Shown: positions 56,378 through 64,000 of the stretch, in pieces
How positions within the stretch are numbered: position 1 is the stretch's first letter
How the letters are laid out: each line of letters starts with the position of its first letter
Assembly (NCBI GenBank): GCA_018303825.1
Contig: JAGVXK010000018.1
Span: 17,028-81,027 of the forward strand
DNA length: 64,000 bases
Direction of reading: 5' to 3'
Source: Candidatus Pacearchaeota archaeon
Lineage (GTDB): Archaea; Nanobdellota; Nanobdellia; Pacearchaeales; GW2011-AR1
Program-made: the position numbers and the translations under genes
The notes under the pieces: model-generated
The model's database searches: none
What the model saw: only the letters and a program-made list of their open reading frames with translations
Told to the model about the DNA's origin: nothing

Positions 56378-56773
56378 ATGAGAATTTTGTTTATATGCAA
56401 ACATAATAGATTCAGAAGTAAAGTAGCAGAGGCATTTTTTGTTAATTATAATAAGAATAAGGAAAATCATGTTAAAAGTGCAGGAGTGATGCTGGATATG
56501 CTAAACATGTATGTTTCCCCAAATGTAATAAAAGTATTGGAAGAGAAGGGTGCAAGAGTTGTAAATGAAAAGGCTCAGGAAGTGAATGAACATTTAATTA
56601 AATGGGCTGATAGAATAATTATTGTTGCAGATAATGTAGATAAAAAGATATTTGATAGGGAAAATGTTTTTCAATGGAAAATAGCAGATATTAGCCAAAG
56701 TGATATTGAAGGAATCAGAGAAAGAGTCGAGAAAATAGAAAAGAAAGTCAAGGAATTGATTAAAAAGTTGTAG
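56378..56773 (+). CDS. Low-molecular-weight phosphatase / ArsC-like protein
   Basis: ILFICKHNRFRS (Cx5R), VKSAG, WADRI, WKIAD. Confidence 0.88.
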   Translation: MRILFICKHNRFRSKVAEAFFVNYNKNKENHVKSAGVMLDMLNMYVSPNVIKVLEEKGARVVNEKAQEVNEHLIKWADRIIIVADNVDKKIFDRENVFQWKIADISQSDIEGIRERVEKIEKKVKELIKKL

Positions 56774-56818
56774 TTTTAGCACATAAATCTTTTAATAGTA
56801 AGTTGCAGAGAAATTTGA

Positions 56819-57301
56819 ATGGCATATAAGAGGCCGAGCTGGGATGATTATTTTATGGAAGTGGTTCATGCAATTGCCAAAAGAGGCACTTGTGACCGGG
56901 GAAGAGTAGGGGCTGTTATTGTAAAAAACAAAGAAATACTTGCCACAGGCTATGTCGGCTCGCCTTCAGGATTTCCGCATTGCGATGAGGTTGGGCATCA
57001 GATGAAAAAAATAGTTCATGAAAATGGAGAAACAACCCAACATTGTGTTAGAACATTACATGCCGAACAGAATGCAATCTGCCAGACCGCCAAGAATGGA
57101 GTTTCTATAAATGGTTCTGTCTTGTATACAATGATGACTCCTTGCAGGACATGTGCCATGTTAATTATCAATTCTGGAATTAAAAGGGTTGTCTGCGAGA
57201 AAAGGTATCATGCAGGAAAAGAATCTGAATGGATGTTCAGAAAAGCTGGTGTTAAGCTGGAATACATGAGTAAATCCTTGATGGAATATCCTAACCAATA
57301 A
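56819..57301 (+). CDS. dCMP/cytidine deaminase family protein
   Basis: RPSWDDYFM, TCDR..GAV, HAEQNAI, PCRTC. Confidence 0.93.
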   Translation: MAYKRPSWDDYFMEVVHAIAKRGTCDRGRVGAVIVKNKEILATGYVGSPSGFPHCDEVGHQMKKIVHENGETTQHCVRTLHAEQNAICQTAKNGVSINGSVLYTMMTPCRTCAMLIINSGIKRVVCEKRYHAGKESEWMFRKAGVKLEYMSKSLMEYPNQ

Positions 57302-57610
57302 CTAACAGTAGCCTTTGTAAAAATTATTCAAAACTGCTCTGGATTTTGTTTCAAAACAAGCAAGATCTGTTGCATTTATTTGGCTTGCAATGGCGCATAT
57401 GCATGGGTAGTAAATTTTTTTTAAGACTGAGCCTACATATAACGTGCCCTCTGGACAGCCAAGGTTTATACAAGCCTCTTTGTTTTCTGTGCTGTTTGCT
57501 GTTGGAAGATTTTGTTTTTCTGCCCAGGTTGATAGAAGAAAAATAAGACCAATACCTATAATAACAATAACCCCCAGAATAACATACATAGCATTCTGCA
57601 TTCCCATCAT
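57302..57610 (-). CDS. Membrane-anchored protein with Ada metal-binding-like domain
   Basis: YVGSVLKKIYYPCICAIASQINATDLACF resembles the YVGS..YH..C..A..I..N..F pattern. Confidence 0.6.
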   Translation of the reverse strand: MMGMQNAMYVILGVIVIIGIGLIFLLSTWAEKQNLPTANSTENKEACINLGCPEGTLYVGSVLKKIYYPCICAIASQINATDLACFETKSRAVLNNFYKGYC

Positions 57611-57720
57611 AATTCATAGGTTTTGGTGTTTAAAATTGTTTTTATCAATATCTTTAAATAAGAGAGTTATATGATAGTTTTGTCTGTGCAGAGACTTTTC
57701 TTTGTATAGATATAATGAAT

Positions 57721-57792
57721 GCGCACGTCGCATAATGGCTATTGCAACTGGCTGCAGCCCAGTTTGTCCAGGTTCGATTCCTGGCGTGCGCT
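57721..57792 (+). tRNA. tRNA-Cys(GCA)
   Basis: GCGCACG/CGTGCGC; ACTGG-CTGCAGC-CCAGT. Confidence 0.93.
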
Positions 57793-57893
57793 TGTTTTTT
57801 ATTTTAATAAAATTTATTATTATTTAGTTTTTGATTAACCAAACATAAGTTTATAAAGGAAGGATTTTATAATGAAAAATAAGGAGGATTAAA

Positions 57894-58040
57894 ATGGTAC
57901 AAGGATATTGTGTTAAGGACAAGAAAATGGTAGAGATGAAAAACCCTGTGGAGTCCCTTACTAAAAAGGGAACAAAGATTGCAAAGGGTAAATGTCCAAA
58001 CTGCGGCACAACGGTGTGCAGAATGGGCGGATTGAAGTAA
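57894..58040 (+). CDS. DUF5679-like small Zn-ribbon protein, 48 aa (not in ORF track)
   Basis: GYCVKDKKMVEMKNP..KGKCPNCGTTVCR; AGGAGG RBS. Confidence 0.85.
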   Translation: MVQGYCVKDKKMVEMKNPVESLTKKGTKIAKGKCPNCGTTVCRMGGLK

Positions 58041-58175
58041 TTACTCCGGTTTTTTATTTTATTGTTTTGGAGGTAATTTTCTGTTTTAAATAGTTATGAT
58101 GTCTGCGCTTGGAATTGATTAACGAGAATTTTTAATTCTAGGAGAATTTAAATATCTAAAATATTGAGAATAGGT

Positions 58176-59666
58176 ATGGTTGGGAAAAAAGAAGGAAGGG
58201 AAAAAAAGCTGACAATCGATGAAATGACTGCTTTCTGCAAAAGAAAAGGGTTTGTATATCAATCAGGGGAAATATATGGGGGGATGGCTGGATTCTGGGA
58301 CTTTGGTCCATTAGGAGTTGAATTGAAGAATAATCTTAAAAGAGAATGGTGGAAATATCATGTTTACCAAAGGGATGATATGACTGGAATTGATGGAAGT
58401 ATTATTACTCATCCAAAAGTGTGGGAAGTAAGCGGGCATGTTTCCAACTTTTTAGATATATTTGTTGTATGCAAGAAATGCAAGAAACCAAATAAAGTTG
58501 ATAAAAATGAACTTGGAAAAGCTAGATGCCCCAATTGCGGAGGAGAATTTGATGTTGCAACAGCCAAGGGATTCAAATTAATGTTCAAGACAGATATAGG
58601 GGAGAAGGGATTTGGGTATTTGAGGCCCGAGACAGCGCAGTTAATATTTGCAGATTTTAAATATGTTCAAGAAAATGCTAGAATGAAACTTCCTTTTGGA
58701 ATTGCTCAAATAGGAAAGGCATTTAGAAATGAAATTGCCCCCAGAGATTTTCTATTCAGATGCAGGGAGTTTGAACAGATGGAAATAGAATATTTTGTTG
58801 ACCCCGAAGAAAAATGTCCTTATGAGATTGGAAATAGCGAGATATTAGTTTATTCAGCTGAGATGCAGGAAAAGAATGAGAAGGCAAAAAAGATGAAATT
58901 CAAGGATGCTTTCAAGAAGGGAATAATAAAAACAGATTGGCACGCTTATTGGCTTGAACAGGAATTCTTGTGGTTTGGCAAACTTGGTGCAAATCCCGAT
59001 AAATTTAGGATAAGGCAACATTTGAAAGAAGAAAAGAGCCATTACGCTTTGGATACTTGGGATTTACAATACGAGTTTCCTTTTGGATGGAGTGAATTAC
59101 AAGGTTTGGCAAACAGAACAGATTATGATTTAAAACAGCATGAGAAGTTTTCAAATACAAATATGAGCATAGTAAATGAAAAAAATGGGAAAGCAGAGAA
59201 AATACTACCCCATGTTGTATGCGAGCCAAGCCAGGGGGTGGAGAGAGCATTATTAGTGTTTATGTTTGACGCGTATGAATATGATAAAAAAAGAGATAAT
59301 ATTGTTCTGAAATTAAATCCTAAACTTGCTCCGATAAAGGCAGCAATATTGCCTATTGTCAAAGATGAGAAGATGATTAAGATTGCACATGAAATTAAAA
59401 ATAAACTAAGAGAAGAGTGGAATGTTGAATATGATGAATCAGGCTCGATTGGAAGAAGATATTCCAGGAATGATGAGGCAGGAACTCCATTGTGCATTGC
59501 TGTTGACCAGGATAGTGTGAAAGATAAAACAATTACTATTCGTGATAGAGATACAACGAAGCAGGTCAGAGTTAAAATTTCTGAATTGAAAGAGATTGTC
59601 AGGAAAGTTTTGAATGGAGAATCTATCCTTAAATTGGGCAAGTTGGTTGAGACAAGAGTTAAGTGA
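58176..59666 (+). CDS. glyS: Glycine--tRNA ligase (archaeal/eukaryotic type)
   Basis: EIYGG..DFGPLG, LRPETAQ, FRNEI, REFEQME, EPSQGVER. Confidence 0.97.
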   Translation: MVGKKEGREKKLTIDEMTAFCKRKGFVYQSGEIYGGMAGFWDFGPLGVELKNNLKREWWKYHVYQRDDMTGIDGSIITHPKVWEVSGHVSNFLDIFVVCKKCKKPNKVDKNELGKARCPNCGGEFDVATAKGFKLMFKTDIGEKGFGYLRPETAQLIFADFKYVQENARMKLPFGIAQIGKAFRNEIAPRDFLFRCREFEQMEIEYFVDPEEKCPYEIGNSEILVYSAEMQEKNEKAKKMKFKDAFKKGIIKTDWHAYWLEQEFLWFGKLGANPDKFRIRQHLKEEKSHYALDTWDLQYEFPFGWSELQGLANRTDYDLKQHEKFSNTNMSIVNEKNGKAEKILPHVVCEPSQGVERALLVFMFDAYEYDKKRDNIVLKLNPKLAPIKAAILPIVKDEKMIKIAHEIKNKLREEWNVEYDESGSIGRRYSRNDEAGTPLCIAVDQDSVKDKTITIRDRDTTKQVRVKISELKEIVRKVLNGESILKLGKLVETRVK

Positions 59667-59694
59667 CAATAATAATGCTTAAATAGCTCTTTGA

Positions 59695-59907
59695 ATGATT
59701 TGTTTTATGGTTGATGCAAATTATGTCTGGGAAATGGTTGATAATGTTGTTTATATCGGTGTAATAGTAGCTGCTTGCGCTGTTTTAGAAAATAGATTTC
59801 AGCAGAGGGAGAAATATTTGAATAGTCTGCCTTTGGATAAAAGATTAGCGGCAGAAAATGGTCTTGAGAGAGCTATCAGAAAGATTGCGGAATGGGGAAG
59901 CGATTAA
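59695..59907 (+). CDS. Hypothetical small membrane protein
   Basis: 70 aa with one TM. Confidence 0.4.
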   Translation: MICFMVDANYVWEMVDNVVYIGVIVAACAVLENRFQQREKYLNSLPLDKRLAAENGLERAIRKIAEWGSD

Positions 59908-60039
59908 TTAGATTTGAACTTGTATAAATTTAAAGCTATTTAATAAATCTGATTGCAACCATTATATAAATTCTATGAGTTCTGAATATTTGTGAGTTTT
60001 TTTAATAAAGTTTAAATATAGTATTCTTTTGAATATTAG

Positions 60040-60279
60040 ATGATGAGTGTATTGTGGTGGCCCATTATTGCAGGTTTGGGTGCGTTTGCCATGCTAATTG
60101 CATTGCTAGTTTTTCTGTTCTGGATTTGGATGATTGTTGATGTGGCAAAGAGACATTTCAAGAACGATGCTGAGAAAATAGTTTGGATATTGGTTGTTGT
60201 GCTTGCAGGCTGGCTTGGAGCCTTAGTTTATTTTATTATCATTAGAAGCACAAATCCTAATGGTCTGATGAGAAAATAA
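60040..60279 (+). CDS. PLDc N-terminal-like membrane protein
   Basis: WIWMIVDVAKR..EKIVWILVVV..GALVYF. Confidence 0.8.
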   Translation: MMSVLWWPIIAGLGAFAMLIALLVFLFWIWMIVDVAKRHFKNDAEKIVWILVVVLAGWLGALVYFIIIRSTNPNGLMRK

Positions 60280-60451
60280 GAATTGGTTCCATAAAACTAA
60301 TAGGTAACAAACTTATAATTGTCGATGATATATCATAAATGTTCTTTTAATATAGTCTCTCAAAATACTAGAGATAAAATTAATTATTACCTTTTAATTA
60401 AGCGGCATCATAGAATGTTAGATTTAAAAAGCTGATTCGTTTTTTCCATGC

Positions 60452-61198
60452 ATGAATCAGATTTGGAGTTATTCTTTAGTGTCTGTGGCAATTGTTAGCT
60501 TGATTTCTTTGATTGGAATCTGGACATTAAGCATTAAATTAGAGAAAATGAGGAAGTTCCTGATATTCATGCTTGCTTTTTCTGCTGGAGCTTTGTTGGG
60601 AGATACATTTATTCATATTTTTCCAGAGATGAGTGACTTTGGATTTACTTTGAGTTCTGCAATCTATGTCCTGCTTGGGATTGTTATATTTTTTATCATA
60701 GAGAAATTCATTAACTGGCAGCATTGTCACATGCCCATAACAAAACAACATGCACATCCTTTTGCCTACATAAACTTGATAGGGGATAGCCTACATAATT
60801 TCATAGACGGACTAATAATTGCTGCCAGCTATCTAGTTAATATTCCACTCGGAGTTGCAACTACTTTAGCAGTTGTTTTGCACGAGATTCCCCAGGAAAT
60901 AGGGGATTTCGGAATTATGATTCATGGGGGCTTTTCTAAAGGAAAAGCTTTATGGTTGAATTTTGTAACTGCTCTTACTGCTATTTTAGGAGCAATAGTT
61001 GCTTTACTAATTGGAAATAATGTTGGAAATATTTCATCTATTCTCCTGCCAATTGCTGCCGGGGGATTCATATACATTGCAGGAGCTGATTTGATTCCAG
61101 AATTGCATAAAGAGACTGCAATAAAGAGAAGTCTTATGCAATTATTCGCTTTCCTGCTGGGAATCACTGTAATGGTTTTGTTGCTTTTGATAGAATAA
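60452..61198 (+). CDS. ZIP family zinc transporter
   Basis: HCH loop, GDSLHNFIDG, HEIPQEIGD, DLIPEL. Confidence 0.95.
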   Translation: MNQIWSYSLVSVAIVSLISLIGIWTLSIKLEKMRKFLIFMLAFSAGALLGDTFIHIFPEMSDFGFTLSSAIYVLLGIVIFFIIEKFINWQHCHMPITKQHAHPFAYINLIGDSLHNFIDGLIIAASYLVNIPLGVATTLAVVLHEIPQEIGDFGIMIHGGFSKGKALWLNFVTALTAILGAIVALLIGNNVGNISSILLPIAAGGFIYIAGADLIPELHKETAIKRSLMQLFAFLLGITVMVLLLLIE

Positions 61199-61229
61199 TT
61201 TATAATATCTGTTTATTGAGTTTTGATAC

Positions 61230-61300
61230 GGGCCAATAGGATAGTGGTAATCTGCATCCATGGCATGGATGAGATTCGAGTTCGATTCTCGATTGGTCCA
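61230..61300 (+). tRNA. tRNA-Ala(GGC)
   Basis: G3-U70 acceptor GGGCCAA/TTGGTCC; CATCC-ATGGCAT-GGATG. Confidence 0.9.
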
Positions 61301-61371
61301 TTTTAGGGTAATGTTTTTAAGCTCTGGTTATTATAAACATGGATAAAAGAGGAGTTCAATGAATTGAAAAG

Positions 61372-62193
61372 ATGGGAAAGACAATAGGAATCATATCAAT
61401 AAAGGGAGGGGTGGGAAAGACGACAATAGCGGCTAGTATGGCTGCTGATTTGGTTAATTACTACGGAAAGAAGGTGATGTTGGTAGATGCTAATTATTCT
61501 GCGCCTAATCTCGGATTGCATATGGATATAATTGAACCTGGGAAGACAATTCATGATGTTCTTTCAGGAAGGGCAAGAGTTGAAAGTGCTATTCATAAGA
61601 GGTTTGGGGTGGATGTTGTTCCTGGAAGCTATGTTTACAGCAAGGATTTGAATTTATTAAAATTAAAGGATAAACTTGCGAAAGCTAAGAATGAATATGA
61701 TTTTATTATTATTGATTCAAGCCCAAGCTTGAATGATGAGGTTCTTTCGGCTATGCTTGCTTCAGATCATTTATTTGTTGTCACAACTCCAGATTATCCA
61801 ACGCTTTCATGTTCATTAAAGGCAGCAAAACTCGCAAGGCAAAGAGGAAAGAATGTTTCAGGTGTAATTATTAATAAAATAAGAGATCCAAAATATGAAG
61901 TTGATTTGGATAACATAGAAGCGTCACTAGGAATACCTGTAGTGGCCAAGATAGCAGATGATAAAAATAGTGTTCGAGCCTTGTTTAATAAAACCCCTGT
62001 CAGCGTTTATAATAATAAATCTGCATTTGCAAAAGAGATAAACAAATTAAATGCGGCTTTGACCTATCATGTTGAGCCAGTTCCTTTGTGGAGATATTTA
62101 TTCGGGAAGAATTTCAAGAGGGAAGAGGTCAATAGGAGTTTATTAAAGGAAGGATTTTACACAAGCTTGTTTTCGAATAATGGGCGCAGGTAA
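61372..62193 (+). CDS. minD: MinD/ParA-family ATPase
   Basis: KGGVGKTT, VDAN..PNL, IIDSSP, VTTPD. Confidence 0.9.
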   Translation: MGKTIGIISIKGGVGKTTIAASMAADLVNYYGKKVMLVDANYSAPNLGLHMDIIEPGKTIHDVLSGRARVESAIHKRFGVDVVPGSYVYSKDLNLLKLKDKLAKAKNEYDFIIIDSSPSLNDEVLSAMLASDHLFVVTTPDYPTLSCSLKAAKLARQRGKNVSGVIINKIRDPKYEVDLDNIEASLGIPVVAKIADDKNSVRALFNKTPVSVYNNKSAFAKEINKLNAALTYHVEPVPLWRYLFGKNFKREEVNRSLLKEGFYTSLFSNNGRR

Positions 62194-62339
62194 GTTAGAA
62201 TTGTAGTATAATGCTTTTGTTACATATTAGCAATAACTTTTAACGATAATCCTTGGCTTATATTTTTGCCCTTATAAATATTTGAAGGCAATATGAACAA
62301 TATCGATATTCTTTTATACTGTGGTTGCTTTTTTTGGAG

Positions 62340-62699
62340 ATGAGTAAACGAGAAGATGACTGCATATTTTGCAGGATTGCAAAAGGAGAGATAAAAAGCG
62401 AGAAAGTATTGGAAAGCAACAATTTTTTTGCTGTTTTAGATATTCATCCTAAATCAGAGGGGCATACATTGATTATTCCAAAAAAACATTTCGTTACTTT
62501 ATTGGATATCCCAAATAATCTTGGGCAGGAATTGCTGGAGTTTATCAAGAAAGTTGCCTCAAATCTAATGGACCAAAAGAGAGCGGATGGCTTTAATATA
62601 GTGATGAATAATCTGGAATGCGCTGGGCAGATTGTCAGACATGCTCATATCCATGTAATTCCTAGAAATGAAGGCGATGGAATAATTGGAATGGTTTAA
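62340..62699 (+). CDS. HIT family hydrolase (intact)
   Basis: DCIFCRI..GHTLIIPKKH..HAHIHVIPR. Confidence 0.95.
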   Translation: MSKREDDCIFCRIAKGEIKSEKVLESNNFFAVLDIHPKSEGHTLIIPKKHFVTLLDIPNNLGQELLEFIKKVASNLMDQKRADGFNIVMNNLECAGQIVRHAHIHVIPRNEGDGIIGMV

Positions 62700-62897
62700 C
62701 TACCATTTATTTAGAATTCTTAATAAGGTAACGATGAATACGACGACTAGTGCAAAGATTAGGACATTTGTTCCAAATTGTGTTTTCAAGAGTGTGCTGG
62801 AAAGGGCGATAATCAGTAAGGAGACAAAGGCATCAAGGAAAATTGTTATTGTAGATAAAGACGTTTCAGCTCTCTTTTTCATTTTCAAATAAATCAA
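62700..62897 (-). CDS. Small two-TM membrane protein
   Basis: 65 aa hydrophobic ORF. Confidence 0.55.
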   Translation of the reverse strand: MIYLKMKKRAETSLSTITIFLDAFVSLLIIALSSTLLKTQFGTNVLIFALVVVFIVTLLRILNKW

Positions 62898-62917
62898 AAG
62901 ATGTTAATAAATGTTTA

Positions 62918-62990
62918 TGGCTGCTCCGGGAATTGAACCCGGGACCTATACCTCATGAGAGTATCGCTCTGCCAACTGAGCTAAGCAGCC
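62918..62990 (-). tRNA. tRNA with CAT anticodon (Ile2 more likely than elongator Met)
   Basis: GGCTGCT/AGCAGCC; ATACT-CTCATGA-GGTAT; G1-G2 start and no initiator A1-U72 pair. Confidence 0.85.
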
Positions 62991-63040
62991 GTAATTAAAG
63001 GAGTTTTAACGGGTTTAAAAAGATTAATATAAGCTTTAGG

Positions 63041-63080
63041 AATAAGACTTAGAAAGTCTTAAGGAAGCGAGGTTCGCTAA
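63041..63080. repeat. Dispersed intergenic repeat, copy with TAAGACTT-AGA-AAGTCTTA palindrome
   Basis: Matches 9918-9957 with a compensatory change in the stem. Confidence 0.6.
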
Positions 63081-63155
63081 AGTGAATGAACGAAAGCTTG
63101 GGAAAGTCAGGTCACAAAATGAAAGATTAATAAAACCTTGTTTCTTTGAATATCA

Positions 63156-63377
63156 ATGGCAGTAGAAGGGGTGATAAATGCTTCGGGGGATATAATTGCA
63201 ATAATAGGGCAAGTGGGGTTATGGGTCAAGGCAGCAGGAATTTTTATTATATTATGGGTTATATTTCAATCTATTGTTTTATGGTTTAATTGGAGAAGGA
63301 TAAGAGAAATCTATAAGATAAAGGCAGATATGAAAAGGATGGAAAGCAAGCTTGATATGCTGTTAGAGAAGAAATGA
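63156..63377 (+). CDS. Small membrane protein with coiled-coil tail
   Basis: One TM then IKADMKRMESKLDML. Confidence 0.65.
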   Translation: MAVEGVINASGDIIAIIGQVGLWVKAAGIFIILWVIFQSIVLWFNWRRIREIYKIKADMKRMESKLDMLLEKK

Positions 63378-63442
63378 GCGTATAAATCCCCAAAGCAAGA
63401 TTCTGAAGCAAAGTTTAAAAAGGATATTTCTGAATGATATGA

Positions 63443-63685
63443 ATGGGAAGAATAAAATCATTGATGATTAAAAGAGCGGGCAAGCAGCTGCTTGTTGCTG
63501 ATAATGAAAGGTTTAATGAGAATTTTCAGGACAATAAAGTTGCTCTTGGAAAGAATAATCTACCTAGCAAATCGACACGAAATAAGATAGCAGGTTATAT
63601 TGCTAGAAAGAAGATGGCTGAAAAGTATCCAAGAATAAAGAAAGTTAAAGTAGAAGAAGTTCCTGTTGAAGATTACAGATATTGA
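63443..63685 (+). CDS. rps17e: 30S ribosomal protein S17e
   Basis: MGRIK..F.ENFQDNK..SKSTRNKIAGYI. Confidence 0.93.
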   Translation: MGRIKSLMIKRAGKQLLVADNERFNENFQDNKVALGKNNLPSKSTRNKIAGYIARKKMAEKYPRIKKVKVEEVPVEDYRY

Positions 63686-63725
63686 TTGCCATAATTCTTA
63701 AAAAGCCAGCAGGGTCGTTTATGCT

Positions 63726-63914
63726 ATGAGTTGGATTATTGTTGATAGATCGGGTTATTTTGGAGAGAAGAGAGACGAACTTCAAGCAGGATTTGATAGA
63801 CAATATGGGGCTGGCAAGTGGAGAATTGCCTGGCAATGGGGGGAGCAAATAGTAGAAAGGTCACAGGCTTTGCAGTTTTATGAAGACGGGTATTATGAAT
63901 ATTTTAAATGTTAG
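63726..63914 (+). pseudogene. Hypothetical protein, probably 3'-truncated
   Basis: 62 aa ending at TAG exactly where an IS200/IS605-like hairpin begins. Confidence 0.4.
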
Positions 63915-63952
63915 CAAGAAATCCGTTAAGCTTTAGCTAACGGATGAATTGC
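63915..63952 (+). mobile_element. IS200/IS605-like left-end hairpin (tentative)
   Basis: TTAG|CAAGAA ATCCGTTA-AGCTTTAGC-TAACGGAT GAATTGC. Confidence 0.4.
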
Positions 63953-64000
63953 GTACTTATTTATTCTAAAAAATATTACTTTCAGGGAGAGTTTGTTGCA

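Noticed and set aside
61230-61300. Purine at position 32 of tRNA-Ala(GGC)
   Set aside because: An A32-U38 pair is a known feature of tRNA-Ala(GGC).
62700-62897. KKRA|ETSL as a twelfth class III signal peptide
   Set aside because: The hydrophobic stretch begins late and contains Asp, a second TM follows, and there is no pilus context.
953-63848. Many antisense or overlapping ORFs in the track (e.g. 953-1510, 4707-5186, 11927-12301, 30494-31021, 46726-47136, 59123-59641)
   Set aside because: They are shadows of well-supported genes on the other strand or frame and have no motifs of their own.
1-64000. CRISPR array or rRNA genes
   Set aside because: No regularly spaced repeat-spacer array, cas gene or long GC-rich rRNA-like tract was seen.

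Overview
64 kb of an AT-rich archaeal chromosome with a reduced, DPANN-like gene set. A Pacearchaeota/Woesearchaeota-type lineage is my inference from short ribosomal proteins, little metabolism and many N[KR][KR]G-leader proteins. Core genes include radA, RPA, GINS, tfb, srp54, ftsY, bud32, eIF2a, EF1B, glyS, rnz, MinD, Sm, six ribosomal proteins and nine tRNAs (one with a BHB intron). Accessory content: (1) an 11.6-kb type IV pilus-like locus with ATPase, TadC/FlaJ-like platform, ten tandem class III signal-peptide proteins (two are ~50-aa micro-pilins missed by the ORF track) and a prepilin peptidase; (2) a surface operon pairing a 611-aa pilin-like protein with a 2051-aa Cys-rich secreted protein; (3) a 6.56-kb island at tRNA-Leu(UAG), bounded by a 13-bp direct repeat, encoding ArsR and many small Cys/His-motif membrane proteins, three consecutive ones ending in MVGGC-stop; (4) a bacterial-type ECF sigma70-like gene abutting tfb tail-to-tail; (5) a complete IS6 element with TIRs, 8-bp TSD and a DUF2080-type passenger inside a dead LAGLIDADG gene; (6) an in-frame NUDIX/NDK chimera, an apparent inversion that swapped the heads of two conserved ribosomal operons, IS200/IS605-like palindromes and a dispersed intergenic repeat. 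All calls come from reading motifs by eye; no database searches were run.
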